A stretch of 57,443 nucleotides of DNA from an uncultured Candidatus Saccharibacteria bacterium (GCA_964557155.1 CAZKZC010000001.1:1-57443); one strand, 5' to 3'; counted from the first letter of the stretch, positions 25,209-34,596 are shown. Program-made: numbers and translations. Notes: generated from the letters alone by a model not told the origin.

Positions 25209-25385
25209 AAAAAATATAAGACTATGGTATAATAGCACATAAAATTAAATAAACAAAAAAGACGACCGAATTAGCTCACTTAAGGGGCGAGACTAAACAT
25301 TAGGTCATCTAATTGTGTCATGACATATAAATCTTATCAAGGACACGGATTAATGTCAAGAGATGTACACTGGGGAAAACTTGGT

Positions 25386-26018
25386 ATGCACTCTTTCATT
25401 TCTCTGATCTTCTCTCTTTCATTTTTGATTCCAATGAAACTGTTTCTTTGGTTTTTTTTACATCCAGAGGTAAAATCAGAAATAAATGTTAAGAAGCTTA
25501 ACGGGCCTTTAATAATTGCCTGTAATCATACTTCCTGGGCAGATCCATTTTTAATAGGATATAAATTACCTTTAGATTCTAAAATATTCCCTATCCATTT
25601 TGCTATCTTGAATAAAATTTATCATTTCCCCTTTGTCTTTCCTCTTCTTTGGCTTCTTGGAACATTTCCCGTAAAAAGAAGAATAGGATTAGATGAATCA
25701 TTAAAAGTCCCTGTAAATATTTTAAACAGAGGAGGAGTTGTTGGAATTTTCCCTGAAGGAAAAAGACAATGGAAAGGAGGGCCAGGGAAGCCCAAAAGAG
25801 GAGTTGCTTATTTAGCTTTTAAAACTGGAACCCAGATATTGCCGATTAGAATTATAACGCCAGTTATAAAAATGACCGCTTTCGGAGTTTTATCAAGAAG
25901 ATATAGGTTGAAGGTAAAAATAGGCAAGCCATTCTATTTGCCTTCTAAAACAATTAAAGAAGTTGAGGACTACAATCAACCAGCTAATTACGTTATAAAC
26001 CGCATTCGCCAGCTCTAG
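25386..26018 (+). CDS. 1-acyl-sn-glycerol-3-phosphate acyltransferase-like
   Basis: HX4D motif NHTSWADP and FPEGKR. The start is chosen at MHSFISLIF (hydrophobic N-terminus). The listed ORF begins at 25320. Confidence 0.8.
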   Translation: MHSFISLIFSLSFLIPMKLFLWFFLHPEVKSEINVKKLNGPLIIACNHTSWADPFLIGYKLPLDSKIFPIHFAILNKIYHFPFVFPLLWLLGTFPVKRRIGLDESLKVPVNILNRGGVVGIFPEGKRQWKGGPGKPKRGVAYLAFKTGTQILPIRIITPVIKMTAFGVLSRRYRLKVKIGKPFYLPSKTIKEVEDYNQPANYVINRIRQL

Positions 26019-26021
26019 CTA

Positions 26022-26148
26022 TTGACTTTGTTTTAGTTATAGTATATAATCATAAATAGTACTCGGAAAGACCATTTTCATTTCCCGACACAATGTGTCA
26101 GGAAGCACAAGGGGTTCTGTTTTTCAACTCGGAAACAGAACCTTTTTT
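26022..26148 (+). promoter_or_regulatory. Promoter plus short leader ending in an intrinsic terminator
   Basis: TTGACT (26022-26027), 17-nt spacer, TATAAT (26045-26050). Hairpin gacac-aat-gtgtc. Terminator ggttctgttt-N10-aaacagaacc plus T run (26113-26148). No promoter lies between it and ORF 26227. Confidence 0.5.
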
Positions 26149-26195
26149 CTTTTATTCTAAAATGCTAGAATAGAAGAATATGAAGAAAGTAAATC

Positions 26196-26216
26196 TGCAG
26201 AAGTCCGACTTCGGCA
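26196..26216. repeat. GC-rich hairpin tgcaGAAGTCCGACTTCggca
   Basis: Exact reverse complement of 39641-39661. The same GAAGTCCGACTTC core occurs in 41279-41307. Confidence 0.85.
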
Positions 26217-26226
26217 AAAAAAATAT

Positions 26227-26409
26227 ATGAAGAAAATAATTTTTTTATCGGTAGTTGTCGTTTTGGGACTTATTATAGTTTTGTTTGTTATTTCTAATAT
26301 AAAAGATTTGAGCAAAACAGATAATAATATAGATTATAATATGGATGACGAAAAACCAGTTAATGATATTCTAGAAACTCCAACTTCTCTTGAGCAAGAT
26401 GAAATTTAA
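26227..26409 (+). CDS. Small membrane-anchored protein (60 aa)
   Basis: N-terminal helix IIFLSVVVVLGLIIVLFVI with an acidic tail. It overlaps the next ORF. Confidence 0.45.
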   Translation: MKKIIFLSVVVVLGLIIVLFVISNIKDLSKTDNNIDYNMDDEKPVNDILETPTSLEQDEI

Positions 26410-26692
26410 TATTAAAAATCCTGGGAAGAGTTCTGTTGGTATTGGAAGAGATATGGGCTATATTCTCCAAAAAGAGACTTCAAGTGGTGAGGTCTCTTTT
26501 GTTCGTCTTTTGGAAAGAAGTGGCTATCCAAGATTCCATCTATATGTTAAACTAGATGGAGATAATTTAATATTTGATTTGCATCTTGATCAAAAAAGAC
26601 CTGTTTATAGAACGGCTCATGATCATGCTGCCGAATATGACGGAGCTCTCGTAGAAAACGAGGCTCAAAGAATAAATGGAATTTTTAGATGA
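26390..26692 (+). CDS. Hypothetical protein (100 aa)
   Basis: ORF overlapping both neighbours, with an alternative start MKFNIKN at 26399. No motif recognised. Confidence 0.5.
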   Translation: MSKMKFNIKNPGKSSVGIGRDMGYILQKETSSGEVSFVRLLERSGYPRFHLYVKLDGDNLIFDLHLDQKRPVYRTAHDHAAEYDGALVENEAQRINGIFR

Positions 26693-28412
26693 TATAAAAA
26701 TAGTTTGGAGATATATGAGAAAGTATAAGAAAGCAGTCATTGGGACTGCAGTTTTGGCTGTGATTTTTGCTGTGTTTGAGGCATTCATCCCATATATTTA
26801 TGGTCGTTTAGTAGATATTATTTCTGACAAGACAGCTTCTTCTCTTGTCTTGTTTTTACTTGGAATTTGGGTCTTAACAAGTTTTTTAGCAGCCGTGTTC
26901 AGGAATATAGTTTCTAAAACAGGAGAATATATGGGGGCAGATATTTTAAGTGACTTTATTCACGATCATATGTCTCATGTTATGAATTTGCCATTAACCT
27001 TCCATCGTGAAAAAAAGGTTGGTGAAATTGTTTCTAGAATAATAAGAGCCGGTGATCACATGAAAGAACTTATCGGAACTACTTTGTTTTGGGTAGCTCC
27101 AAGATTTTTAACTGTTTTAATTGGCGTGATCGTAATGTTCTTTATAAATTGGCAATTAGCGTTAGGGTCTATTATTGTTTTTGTTTTGTCGGCAGGGATA
27201 GTTTTGATGGGAGCTCCATCACTTGTAACAGGTCAAAAAGAATTAAACAAAAGCTTAGACAAATCGGCCGGTGTCTTAAATGATTCTTTTCTTAATATTC
27301 AAGCTATAAAATCATCAGCGGCCGAAGAATTTCAAAAATCAAAAATAAAAGAGATATATGGAGAAGAAGTAAATCCTAAGGTTAAAAACGTTGTTAAGAT
27401 ATATGAAAACATACATCTCTTCCAAGAAATTATTTTTTCTTTGGGATTCGTTGTTGTCTTCGGCTATGCAGTTTTACTAATGGGGAGAGGCGTTATCTCT
27501 CAGGGAGTATTGGTGATGTTTTTAGGCTATTTAACTCTAACAAGAATGCCTTTAACGGTTCTTTTGTGGCAATGGCTTGGTATTCAAAGAGGGTTAACAG
27601 CAATTAAAAGAGCTAATGAATTTCTAGATATAGAAACAGAAGTTCATAATGAGAACGGTAAGATTATGAAGGATGTTAAAGCGAAGGTAGAATATAGAAA
27701 TGTTGGCTTTGGTTATAGCAGGAAAAGACCTGTTTTAGATCATATTAGTTTTACCGCCCTACCGGGTGAAAAGATTGCCTTGGTTGGCGGAAGCGGAGAA
27801 GGAAAAACAACAACCATAGATTTATTGTCTCTTTATTTTAATCCAGACAAAGGGGAGATATTGATAGATGATGTTGATATTAGAGAATTAAATATGAATT
27901 TTTTGAGAAGCATTATTGCTTATGTGCCTCAAGAAATAATGTTGTTTAACGATACGATTAAAAACAATATATTGTACGGTAAGCCAGAGGCAACAAAAAA
28001 AGAAATAATAGACGCAACTAAAGCAGCTAATATTTACAATTTCATAGAATCATTACCAGAGAAGTATGATACTTTGGTGGGAGAAAGAGGAGTTAAGCTC
28101 TCTACTGGTCAGAAGCAAAGATTGGCTATTGCTAGAGCTATTATTCGTAATCCTAAAATACTGGTTTTAGATGAGGCAACATCTTCCTTGGACGTTCAAT
28201 CAGAAAAGTTAATTCAGGAAGCCTTAGAAAGATTGGTGGAGAATAAAACAACATTTATTATTGCTCATCGCTTAAGTACGGTTAGAAAAGCTAATAAGAT
28301 TTTAGTTTTGGAGAAGGGCAGGATAATTGAACAAGGCACCCACGATGAATTAATAAAAAAACAAGGAGCTTATTCCAAGTTTTACAATCTTCAATTTTCC
28401 AAACAAAAATAA
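26676..28412 (+). CDS. ABC exporter, fused permease/ATPase (MsbA-like type)
   Basis: Six-helix TMD, Walker A GGSGEGKTT, signature LSTGQKQRLAIARA, Walker B ILVLDEATSSLD. Confidence 0.9.
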   Translation: MEFLDDIKIVWRYMRKYKKAVIGTAVLAVIFAVFEAFIPYIYGRLVDIISDKTASSLVLFLLGIWVLTSFLAAVFRNIVSKTGEYMGADILSDFIHDHMSHVMNLPLTFHREKKVGEIVSRIIRAGDHMKELIGTTLFWVAPRFLTVLIGVIVMFFINWQLALGSIIVFVLSAGIVLMGAPSLVTGQKELNKSLDKSAGVLNDSFLNIQAIKSSAAEEFQKSKIKEIYGEEVNPKVKNVVKIYENIHLFQEIIFSLGFVVVFGYAVLLMGRGVISQGVLVMFLGYLTLTRMPLTVLLWQWLGIQRGLTAIKRANEFLDIETEVHNENGKIMKDVKAKVEYRNVGFGYSRKRPVLDHISFTALPGEKIALVGGSGEGKTTTIDLLSLYFNPDKGEILIDDVDIRELNMNFLRSIIAYVPQEIMLFNDTIKNNILYGKPEATKKEIIDATKAANIYNFIESLPEKYDTLVGERGVKLSTGQKQRLAIARAIIRNPKILVLDEATSSLDVQSEKLIQEALERLVENKTTFIIAHRLSTVRKANKILVLEKGRIIEQGTHDELIKKQGAYSKFYNLQFSKQK

Positions 28413-28429
28413 ATTAATAAATAAATATT

Positions 28430-28759
28430 ATGAATTTTGAAGAATATCAAAAATTAGTTAAAAAAACAGCTATTTATCCTGAGATAGGTAGGGGCTATGT
28501 TTACCCAACCTTGGGGCTAGTTGGCGAAGCCGGAGAAATAGCCGAAAAAGTTAAAAAGATCTTTAGAGACAACGATGGTGTTCTTGATGAAGAAAGAAAA
28601 CAAATGTTAAAAAAGGAACTAGGTGATGTTCTTTGGTATTTGGCTCAACTTTCTACAGAATTAGGAATATCTTTTGATGAAGTAGCTTCCTATAATATAG
28701 AAAAATTAGCATCAAGACAGCAGAGAGGCACTCTTCACGGAGACGGCGATAACAGATAA
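28430..28759 (+). CDS. MazG-like nucleotide pyrophosphohydrolase
   Basis: GLVGEAGEIAEKVKK and ELGDVLWYLAQL (EExxE/D-type helices); 109 aa. Confidence 0.8.
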   Translation: MNFEEYQKLVKKTAIYPEIGRGYVYPTLGLVGEAGEIAEKVKKIFRDNDGVLDEERKQMLKKELGDVLWYLAQLSTELGISFDEVASYNIEKLASRQQRGTLHGDGDNR

Positions 28760-28775
28760 AAAAAGAAACTGCCTT

Positions 28776-29078
28776 TTAGGGGGCAGTTTTTGATTTTTTC
28801 TTTCTCATTTTCAATCTTTTGTTCTTTGGATTAAAAAGAAAAGTTTTATTCGTTATTTTTCCGTGATGTCCTTGCTTTCCCCAGATCTCAAATTTTAAAT
28901 TAAAATCTGCCCTACTTGCACATAGGGATGTTACGAATTCAAGAGAACACTCCCATAAGTTCCCTTTTTTGTTAAAAAAATCTCCTGATTTTTCTGGTAA
29001 TTGTGTAGCAACTACTTCATTCGTATGACTATCTAGCGGTTGCACGTACCAAAAATACTCTTTTTTCACTGTTTTCAT
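28776..29078 (-). CDS. Hypothetical protein (100 aa)
   Basis: Convergent ORF whose 3' end overlaps the shared hairpin aactgcc-N8-ggcagtt (28767-28790). No motif recognised. Confidence 0.45.
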   Translation of the reverse strand: MKTVKKEYFWYVQPLDSHTNEVVATQLPEKSGDFFNKKGNLWECSLEFVTSLCASRADFNLKFEIWGKQGHHGKITNKTFLFNPKNKRLKMRKKKSKTAP

Positions 29079-29196
29079 TTTTTCTCCTTATATATAGTTC
29101 AAAGAACGAAACAAATTAATCTTAAACTAAACACGTCAAAAGTCAACCCGTTGAAAGAGCTTGCAAAATTATAAGTTTTATGGTATAATTAGCATA

Positions 29197-29946
29197 ATGA
29201 TATTAGAATATATTATGTATAAAAGAAATAAAGTAAGGCCTAGCTTTAATGAAACTAGGAGGGTTAAGGTTGGTTATTCTGTTCTCAAGGGAGTGCTTAG
29301 TCCCCTAATCCGTAAGGTTTGGATAGATAAAATTGAAGGTTTGGAGAATATTCCTAAAGACGGACCAATCATTATCGCTTCCAATCATCAAAGTTATTTT
29401 GATTTCCTTTGTTTTATCGCTGCTTCTCCAAGAAAGGTTCATTATCTAGCTGCTGAAAAATTCTATAAAAGTAGAATGTGGCGTCCAGTTATGAATTTGA
29501 CTGGACAGATAAAAGTTGAACGTGTTTCTCATGATAAAAAGGGAGTGCATGACAAAGTTTATTCTGCTCTAGATCAAGGTAGGGTGATTGGCATTTTTCC
29601 TGAAGGAACAAGATCTGCCGATGGAGAAATTCAAAAACCGTTTACTGGAGTAGCTAAGTTTGCTCTAAATGCTAAAGTTCCCGTGATACCAGTTGGAATA
29701 ATTGGAACTTATGATATTATGTCTCGCCATGATAAGCGTCCTAAATTTAGAGGAGCAAAGGCAAAGATTAAAATTGGAAAACCAATATACTTTTCTGAAT
29801 ATGCTAATATTCAACCAACAAACGAAGATTATAAAAAAGTAACAGATAAAATAATGTTACAAGTTGCCGAATTAGCCGAAAAGAAATACACTTACGCAGA
29901 CACCGAAACAGGCACTAAAACAGACACCGAAATAAAAACAGCATAA
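29197..29946 (+). CDS. 1-acyl-sn-glycerol-3-phosphate acyltransferase-like (second copy)
   Basis: NHQSYFDF and FPEGTRS. Promoter TTGCAA-17-TATAAT (29161-29189) leaves only 7 nt before the ATG at 29197. The listed ORF starts inside the promoter. Confidence 0.85.
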   Translation: MILEYIMYKRNKVRPSFNETRRVKVGYSVLKGVLSPLIRKVWIDKIEGLENIPKDGPIIIASNHQSYFDFLCFIAASPRKVHYLAAEKFYKSRMWRPVMNLTGQIKVERVSHDKKGVHDKVYSALDQGRVIGIFPEGTRSADGEIQKPFTGVAKFALNAKVPVIPVGIIGTYDIMSRHDKRPKFRGAKAKIKIGKPIYFSEYANIQPTNEDYKKVTDKIMLQVAELAEKKYTYADTETGTKTDTEIKTA

Positions 29947-30121
29947 AATACGAAGGTTGGACCTTCGTATTTTATGTTTGTCTTTAAAAGTGATGTGTCC
30001 CTTTTCCGTGCGTCCCCTTTCCGCTTTTCCTTAAAAGAGTCCGGCCTCTTAACTTTGCTTCTGTTTTCTGATATAATTAAGTAAAGGTTGTAATGTAATA
30101 ATAATTAATTTATTAAAACAT

Positions 30122-30724
30122 ATGAAAAAATTATGTATTTTATTATTCGTAGGCTTGGTAGTTTCAATCATGGTTTTATGTAGTAGCCAAATAATAGAGG
30201 CAAAAGGGGAAAAAGCAGGTAATGTAAGCGAATTAGAGAAAATAGAAAATGAAAAGGAGCAAGAATTAGAGCAGGAAACAAAAGGATTAAAAGAAAAACA
30301 GCAGAATGTTCATAGAAATCAAAATCGGGTAAGATTAGCGGTTCATTCTTTGCTTGCTATGGAAGATTTAGTTGGGGGAATTGGTCCGAAAGTATCCAAA
30401 ATTGCTAATGAATTTAATAGCTCTGTTGGAAAAACCATAGAGGCAGAAGAAAAGATACAAAATAAGAATCGTTTAATAAGATTTTTACTTGGAGGAGATA
30501 AAGAATCTGCAGAATTGATAGCACAAGAAGTTAATCGAAATAAAGAAAAAATTCAACAATTAAAAAACTTAATGAAAGAATGCGATTGCGATGAAGAAAT
30601 TAAAGGTATGCTCAAAGAACAAATAATAAACATAGAAGCGGAGCAGTATAGATTAGAAACTTTTGCTGAGGTTGAAAAAGGATACGGAGGACTTTTTGGA
30701 TGGTTTTTTGATCAGCTTTTCTAA
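30122..30724 (+). CDS. Secreted coiled-coil protein (200 aa)
   Basis: Signal peptide MKKLCILLFVGLVVSIMVLCSSQIIEA, Glu/Lys-rich helices and a hydrophobic C-terminal LFGWFFDQLF. Confidence 0.6.
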   Translation: MKKLCILLFVGLVVSIMVLCSSQIIEAKGEKAGNVSELEKIENEKEQELEQETKGLKEKQQNVHRNQNRVRLAVHSLLAMEDLVGGIGPKVSKIANEFNSSVGKTIEAEEKIQNKNRLIRFLLGGDKESAELIAQEVNRNKEKIQQLKNLMKECDCDEEIKGMLKEQIINIEAEQYRLETFAEVEKGYGGLFGWFFDQLF

Positions 30725-30834
30725 TGAATCCTCTTTTCTTACGGTTTTAAACTCAAGAGGCCAGGCTATTTAAATTCTTATTTTATTTTTGGCCTCAAAG
30801 TGGTGAGGTAAAATATAGTAAAACAAATAAAAAT

Positions 30835-31026
30835 ATGGAATGCAGGAAGGAAGAAAATTTGGAGAATTGTCCGTGTAGTTATTCTTGCGAGAGAAAGGGT
30901 TTGTGTTGTGAGTGTATAAAATATCACAGAGAAAGAAATGAGCTTCCTGCCTGTTATTTTTCCGAAGAGGCAGAAAAAACATACGACAGATCATTCAAGA
31001 AATTCCTCCAAAGTGTGCAAACCTAA
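30835..31026 (+). CDS. Small Cys-rich protein (63 aa)
   Basis: [42 protein letters not shown]: 8 Cys in 40 aa. Followed by hairpin gtgcaaacc-taa-ggtttgcac. Confidence 0.6.
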   Translation: MECRKEENLENCPCSYSCERKGLCCECIKYHRERNELPACYFSEEAEKTYDRSFKKFLQSVQT

Positions 31027-31196
31027 GGTTTGCACACTTCCGTCGCAATGAATGAGGTTCGACCTCATTCATTTGCTTCTCCTCAAGGAGCGATCTTTTC
31101 CGTGATTTTCGACGACGTAAATAAAAGGTAAAAGTAAAAGAGGTCAGGAGTCATTTTGTATTGCGTTTTAGGGGTATAATTCTGTAGAGAAAATCT

Positions 31197-31224
31197 TTGT
31201 CAAATTTCTTCTGTGGGGTATAAT
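31197..31224 (+). promoter_or_regulatory. Promoter TTGTCA-16-TATAAT, 6 nt before ATG 31231
   Basis: ttgtcaaatttcttctgtggggtataat: 25 of 28 positions are identical to 41953-41980. Confidence 0.6.
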
Positions 31225-31230
31225 TAAGAA

Positions 31231-31902
31231 ATGAAAGAATTAGCAATTTTTGATTTGGATAATACTTTGATAAAAAAACAAAGCCAAGTTTTTTTATTAG
31301 CTTATGCCCTCAAAAAAGGCCATGTAGGCTTTTTTTCTTATATCTTTATAATGCTATGGTTTATTGCATATAAAATTGGATTAGTTAAAAATCCCAAGAG
31401 AATAATGGAATTCTCTTTTAATTTTCTAAAAAATAAAAACATTGATGAATTCGAAAGTATTATAGATGATTTCTTCGAAAATAAACTGAAATCAACTCTT
31501 TTCGTAGAAGCATTAAGATTGGTTGAAAAACACAAAAGAAATGGAAGAGAGACTTTGATAGTTTCTAACGCAATTGAATACATCCCTAAAAAAGTTGCTC
31601 AATATCTTGGAATAGATTATTTCATCGGAACGAAATTAGAAATTGTTAATAATAAATTTACTGGAAAGATAAAAGGTGATATAATCTATGGAAGGAATAA
31701 GGTTACGAGTATAAATGATTTCGTCAGAGAAAAGGGATTTTCTCTAGACAATAGTTATGGTTATTCTGACCATTATTCAGACATCCCTTTTTTAGAAATG
31801 GTGGCCAATCCCTTTGCAGTTAATCCGGATAGTAAATTACAGAATAAAGCAAAAAGGGAAAATTGGCCTATTTTAATATTTAAACAAACTATCAAATTAT
31901 AA
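31231..31902 (+). CDS. HAD-superfamily (subfamily IB-like) hydrolase
   Basis: AIFDLDNTL motif I, VSNA motif II, late GYSDHYSD motif; 223 aa. Confidence 0.75.
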   Translation: MKELAIFDLDNTLIKKQSQVFLLAYALKKGHVGFFSYIFIMLWFIAYKIGLVKNPKRIMEFSFNFLKNKNIDEFESIIDDFFENKLKSTLFVEALRLVEKHKRNGRETLIVSNAIEYIPKKVAQYLGIDYFIGTKLEIVNNKFTGKIKGDIIYGRNKVTSINDFVREKGFSLDNSYGYSDHYSDIPFLEMVANPFAVNPDSKLQNKAKRENWPILIFKQTIKL

Positions 31903-33503
31903 TGGTTCTTACAGCTTTTCAAATATCTACTATTATTACGGCACTGGTCAGTTTATTTTTTGGTATAAGCGTATATTCTAAAGAAAGAACATCCAAAATA
32001 AATTTATTTTGGTTTCTAGTGTCTCTTGCGACTGGTGTTTGGAGTCTTGGTCTTTTTGGAGTAGTTTTCTTCACTAATAAAAGTTATGCTTGGATCTCTC
32101 AGTATGTTTTAGATGTGGGAGGAATATGGGTTCCTATATTCTTCTTCAATTTTATCCTATATGTATTAAGCAAGAAATTAATGAAAATAAGGTTACTTTC
32201 ATTTGCTATGGGGCTTGCATTGTCGGCATTAAGCTTCACATCTTTATTCAAGCTGGATATTTCTCCTAAATTTGATCTTAATTATTGGATTGAGCCAGGC
32301 AAACTATACTTTTTATTTCCTCTAGCCTTTTTAATTTTTGTTGGATTTTCCGCGGGTTTCGTCTTAAGGGAATATTGCAGAACCACAAATAAAATTTTTA
32401 AAAGACAATTATTATATATTTTACTTACGCAAATTGTCGGATTCGGCGGAGGTTTGACAAATTTCTTTCCACAGCTATTTAATGTATATCCTTTTGGTAA
32501 TTATCTGGTTATATTTTACGTTGTGTTTATGAGTTACGCTGCTCTTAAATATCGTCTCTTTAATATCAAGGTAATTGCTACTGAATTATTAACACTAGCA
32601 GTCTGGATTTTCTTATTATTAAAATTTGCTTTATCACAAACATTACAAGATTTTATAATAAACGGAAGCTTATTGGTTGTTATAGTTTTTCTTGGCTCTT
32701 TATTGGTTAGAAGCGTTATACGAGAAGTGGAACAAAGGAAGCAGATGGAAGTGTTGAATAAGAAGGTGCAGAAGGCGTATGTGTTGGAGAAGAAGGCGAG
32801 GGCGGAGATTGAGAAGATTACGGAGGCGAAGACGCAGTTTATTATGGCGACACAACATCATTTGAGGACTCCCCTAACATCTATGGCAGGATATATGGAT
32901 TTAATATTTGGTGGAACATATGGAAAAGTTTCTGCAAAACTTAAACCGCCTCTTGAAAAGTTTCAAGTTTCAACTAGGCGTCTTATAAGAGTTGTTAATA
33001 CACTGCTTGATATTTCTCAATTTCAAATGGGCAAAGAAGTTGTTTCGCTTAAGCCAGGAATTGTTTTTGAAGATTTGGTAAAAGAGGTTATGGAAGAACT
33101 TGATTTTGAGAGTAGAAATAAAGGACTTTATTTAAAATATAGTAAAATTGGAGAAATTCCTACTATAAAGGTAGATCCCGAAAAGTTTAAAGTAGCTTTA
33201 TTCAATGTTATTGATAACGCTATAAAATATACGAAAAAAGGCGGGGTTACTATAACTTTACAAAAAATTGGAACTAAGGCTCGCTTAACCGTAAAAGATA
33301 CTGGCATTGGTCTTGACCCAGAAAAAGCTAAAGTATTATTTGATTCAGCTTTTGTTAGAGGCAAAGAAGCTAAAAAAGTTCATGGATTTGGAAGAGGTAT
33401 TGGAGTATATGTAACCGGTCATATTATTAAAGCTCATAATGCAAAAATATGGGCAGAGTCACAAGGACCCGGCAAAGGAACATCATTCTTTGTTGAACTT
33501 TAA
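31902..33503 (+). CDS. Sensor histidine kinase with multi-helix membrane N-terminal domain
   Basis: About 7-8 hydrophobic helices, H box ATQHHLRTPLTSM, N box DNAIKYT, G boxes DTGIGL and GFGRGIG. Confidence 0.88.
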   Translation: MVLTAFQISTIITALVSLFFGISVYSKERTSKINLFWFLVSLATGVWSLGLFGVVFFTNKSYAWISQYVLDVGGIWVPIFFFNFILYVLSKKLMKIRLLSFAMGLALSALSFTSLFKLDISPKFDLNYWIEPGKLYFLFPLAFLIFVGFSAGFVLREYCRTTNKIFKRQLLYILLTQIVGFGGGLTNFFPQLFNVYPFGNYLVIFYVVFMSYAALKYRLFNIKVIATELLTLAVWIFLLLKFALSQTLQDFIINGSLLVVIVFLGSLLVRSVIREVEQRKQMEVLNKKVQKAYVLEKKARAEIEKITEAKTQFIMATQHHLRTPLTSMAGYMDLIFGGTYGKVSAKLKPPLEKFQVSTRRLIRVVNTLLDISQFQMGKEVVSLKPGIVFEDLVKEVMEELDFESRNKGLYLKYSKIGEIPTIKVDPEKFKVALFNVIDNAIKYTKKGGVTITLQKIGTKARLTVKDTGIGLDPEKAKVLFDSAFVRGKEAKKVHGFGRGIGVYVTGHIIKAHNAKIWAESQGPGKGTSFFVEL

Positions 33504-33597
33504 AAAGTATTGATTTTTTATTTGTTATTTGTTATTATAGATGAAGTGGAATTGAGTTATTTTTTTTCAAACCATCTAATCAAGGAAAGGAAGTGGA

Positions 33598-33747
33598 ATG
33601 GCTAATGGCAAGAGTGTCGAAAAAAGTGCTGGTTCGTCGGCGAAAAAGAGCAGAAAAGAGATCGTGGACTTTGATCCAGGCAGGAGAAGTGGACGAATAG
33701 CAGTTTTCGACAGAATGAGAATAATAACTCAAAGTAGGAGGCGATAA
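33598..33747 (+). CDS. Candidate 49-aa basic small protein; may instead be a structured RNA
   Basis: AGGAAG 4 nt before the ATG; MANGKSVEKSAGSSAKKSRKEIVDFDPGRRSGRIAVFDRMRIITQSRRR. Own promoter TTGATT-17-TATTAT (33510-33538) and terminator aagggatc-atcgc-gatccctt plus T run. A long inverted repeat (33616-33638 / 33692-33711) lies inside it. Confidence 0.3.
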   Translation: MANGKSVEKSAGSSAKKSRKEIVDFDPGRRSGRIAVFDRMRIITQSRRR

Positions 33748-33834
33748 TATCGTCATAGTTCTTTCGAAAGGGATCATCGCGATCCCTTTTTTATTTGACA
33801 AAGAACTTGGGTGGTATAGTATAAAAGTAGAGAT

Positions 33835-34236
33835 ATGGGAGATAAAAAACAAATATTGTTTATAGAGGATGATCACTCTACGATGGAAGTATATCAGATA
33901 GCTTTTGAGCAAGCTGGCTTTGAAGTTATTCCAATATTCTCTGGAGAAGATGCTCTAGAGTCAATAAAAGAGATAGTTCGAAACAAAGCCAAGAAACCAG
34001 ATTTAGTTTTATTAGACTACATGCTTTCGGGAGTTGATGGCTTTGAAGTATTAGAAGTAATTAGGAAAAATCCTAAAACAAAAAATCTAAAGGTTATTTT
34101 AACAACAAATTATTCAGTAGCTGAATTAAAGTTAAAAGGTAAGTTTATTGATGGAGAAAAGTTTATCCTTAAAGCAGACTATCCTCCTAGCAAATTAATA
34201 GAATTAATTAAAAAAGAACTCGGGGTTGACAACTGA
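33835..34236 (+). CDS. Single-domain response regulator (receiver only)
   Basis: ILFIEDD, DLVLLDYMLSG and LTTNYS; 133 aa with no output domain. Confidence 0.88.
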   Translation: MGDKKQILFIEDDHSTMEVYQIAFEQAGFEVIPIFSGEDALESIKEIVRNKAKKPDLVLLDYMLSGVDGFEVLEVIRKNPKTKNLKVILTTNYSVAELKLKGKFIDGEKFILKADYPPSKLIELIKKELGVDN

Positions 34237-34392
34237 TGTGGGTTTGCTAAAGTGCAAGTACCAATATGATTATAAATAGCTGGCAATAAAATAAGACTTC
34301 TCATTTCTGCTGTTCTGCATAGCAGGATGTTAGCATTGAGGAGTCTTTTTGTTTGTTCATTATTTATTGTTCTTTAAAAAAGGAGATGTGCA

Positions 34393-34545
34393 ATGTGTGA
34401 CGAGAATGAAGACAATCAAAATAATCCAAAAAAGAAAGAACGACATACGGCTGAGGAAGAAAAGAAAGAAAGTACTTCACCATGGACTGGAATAGAAAAA
34501 CCGGAAAAATCTCGAAGAAGAGGTTGGCTGTCTGATATAAAGTAA
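34393..34545 (+). CDS. Candidate 50-aa hydrophilic small protein
   Basis: AGGAG 7 nt before the ATG; MCDENEDNQNNPKKKERHTAEEEKKESTSPWTGIEKPEKSRRRGWLSDIK. Followed by terminator cccgtggt-gaaaatt-accacggg plus T run. Confidence 0.5.
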   Translation: MCDENEDNQNNPKKKERHTAEEEKKESTSPWTGIEKPEKSRRRGWLSDIK

Positions 34546-34596
34546 AACAGAAGTAAAAAAAGCCCGTGGTGAAAATTACCACGGGTTTTATTTGGC

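Noticed and set aside
26098-26112. SRP-RNA-like string AGGAAGCA-CAAGG in the short leader
   Set aside because: It resembles the GGAAGCAGCCAAGG side of 4.5S RNA domain IV. However, there is no GNRA-capped helix or matching 5' strand (no CAGG partner), and the surrounding fold is incompatible. An 8-mer match alone is not significant.
33580-33912. 110-aa minus-strand ORF
   Set aside because: It crosses the receiver gene start, its promoter and a terminator hairpin. The plus-strand small ORF or RNA explains the region better.
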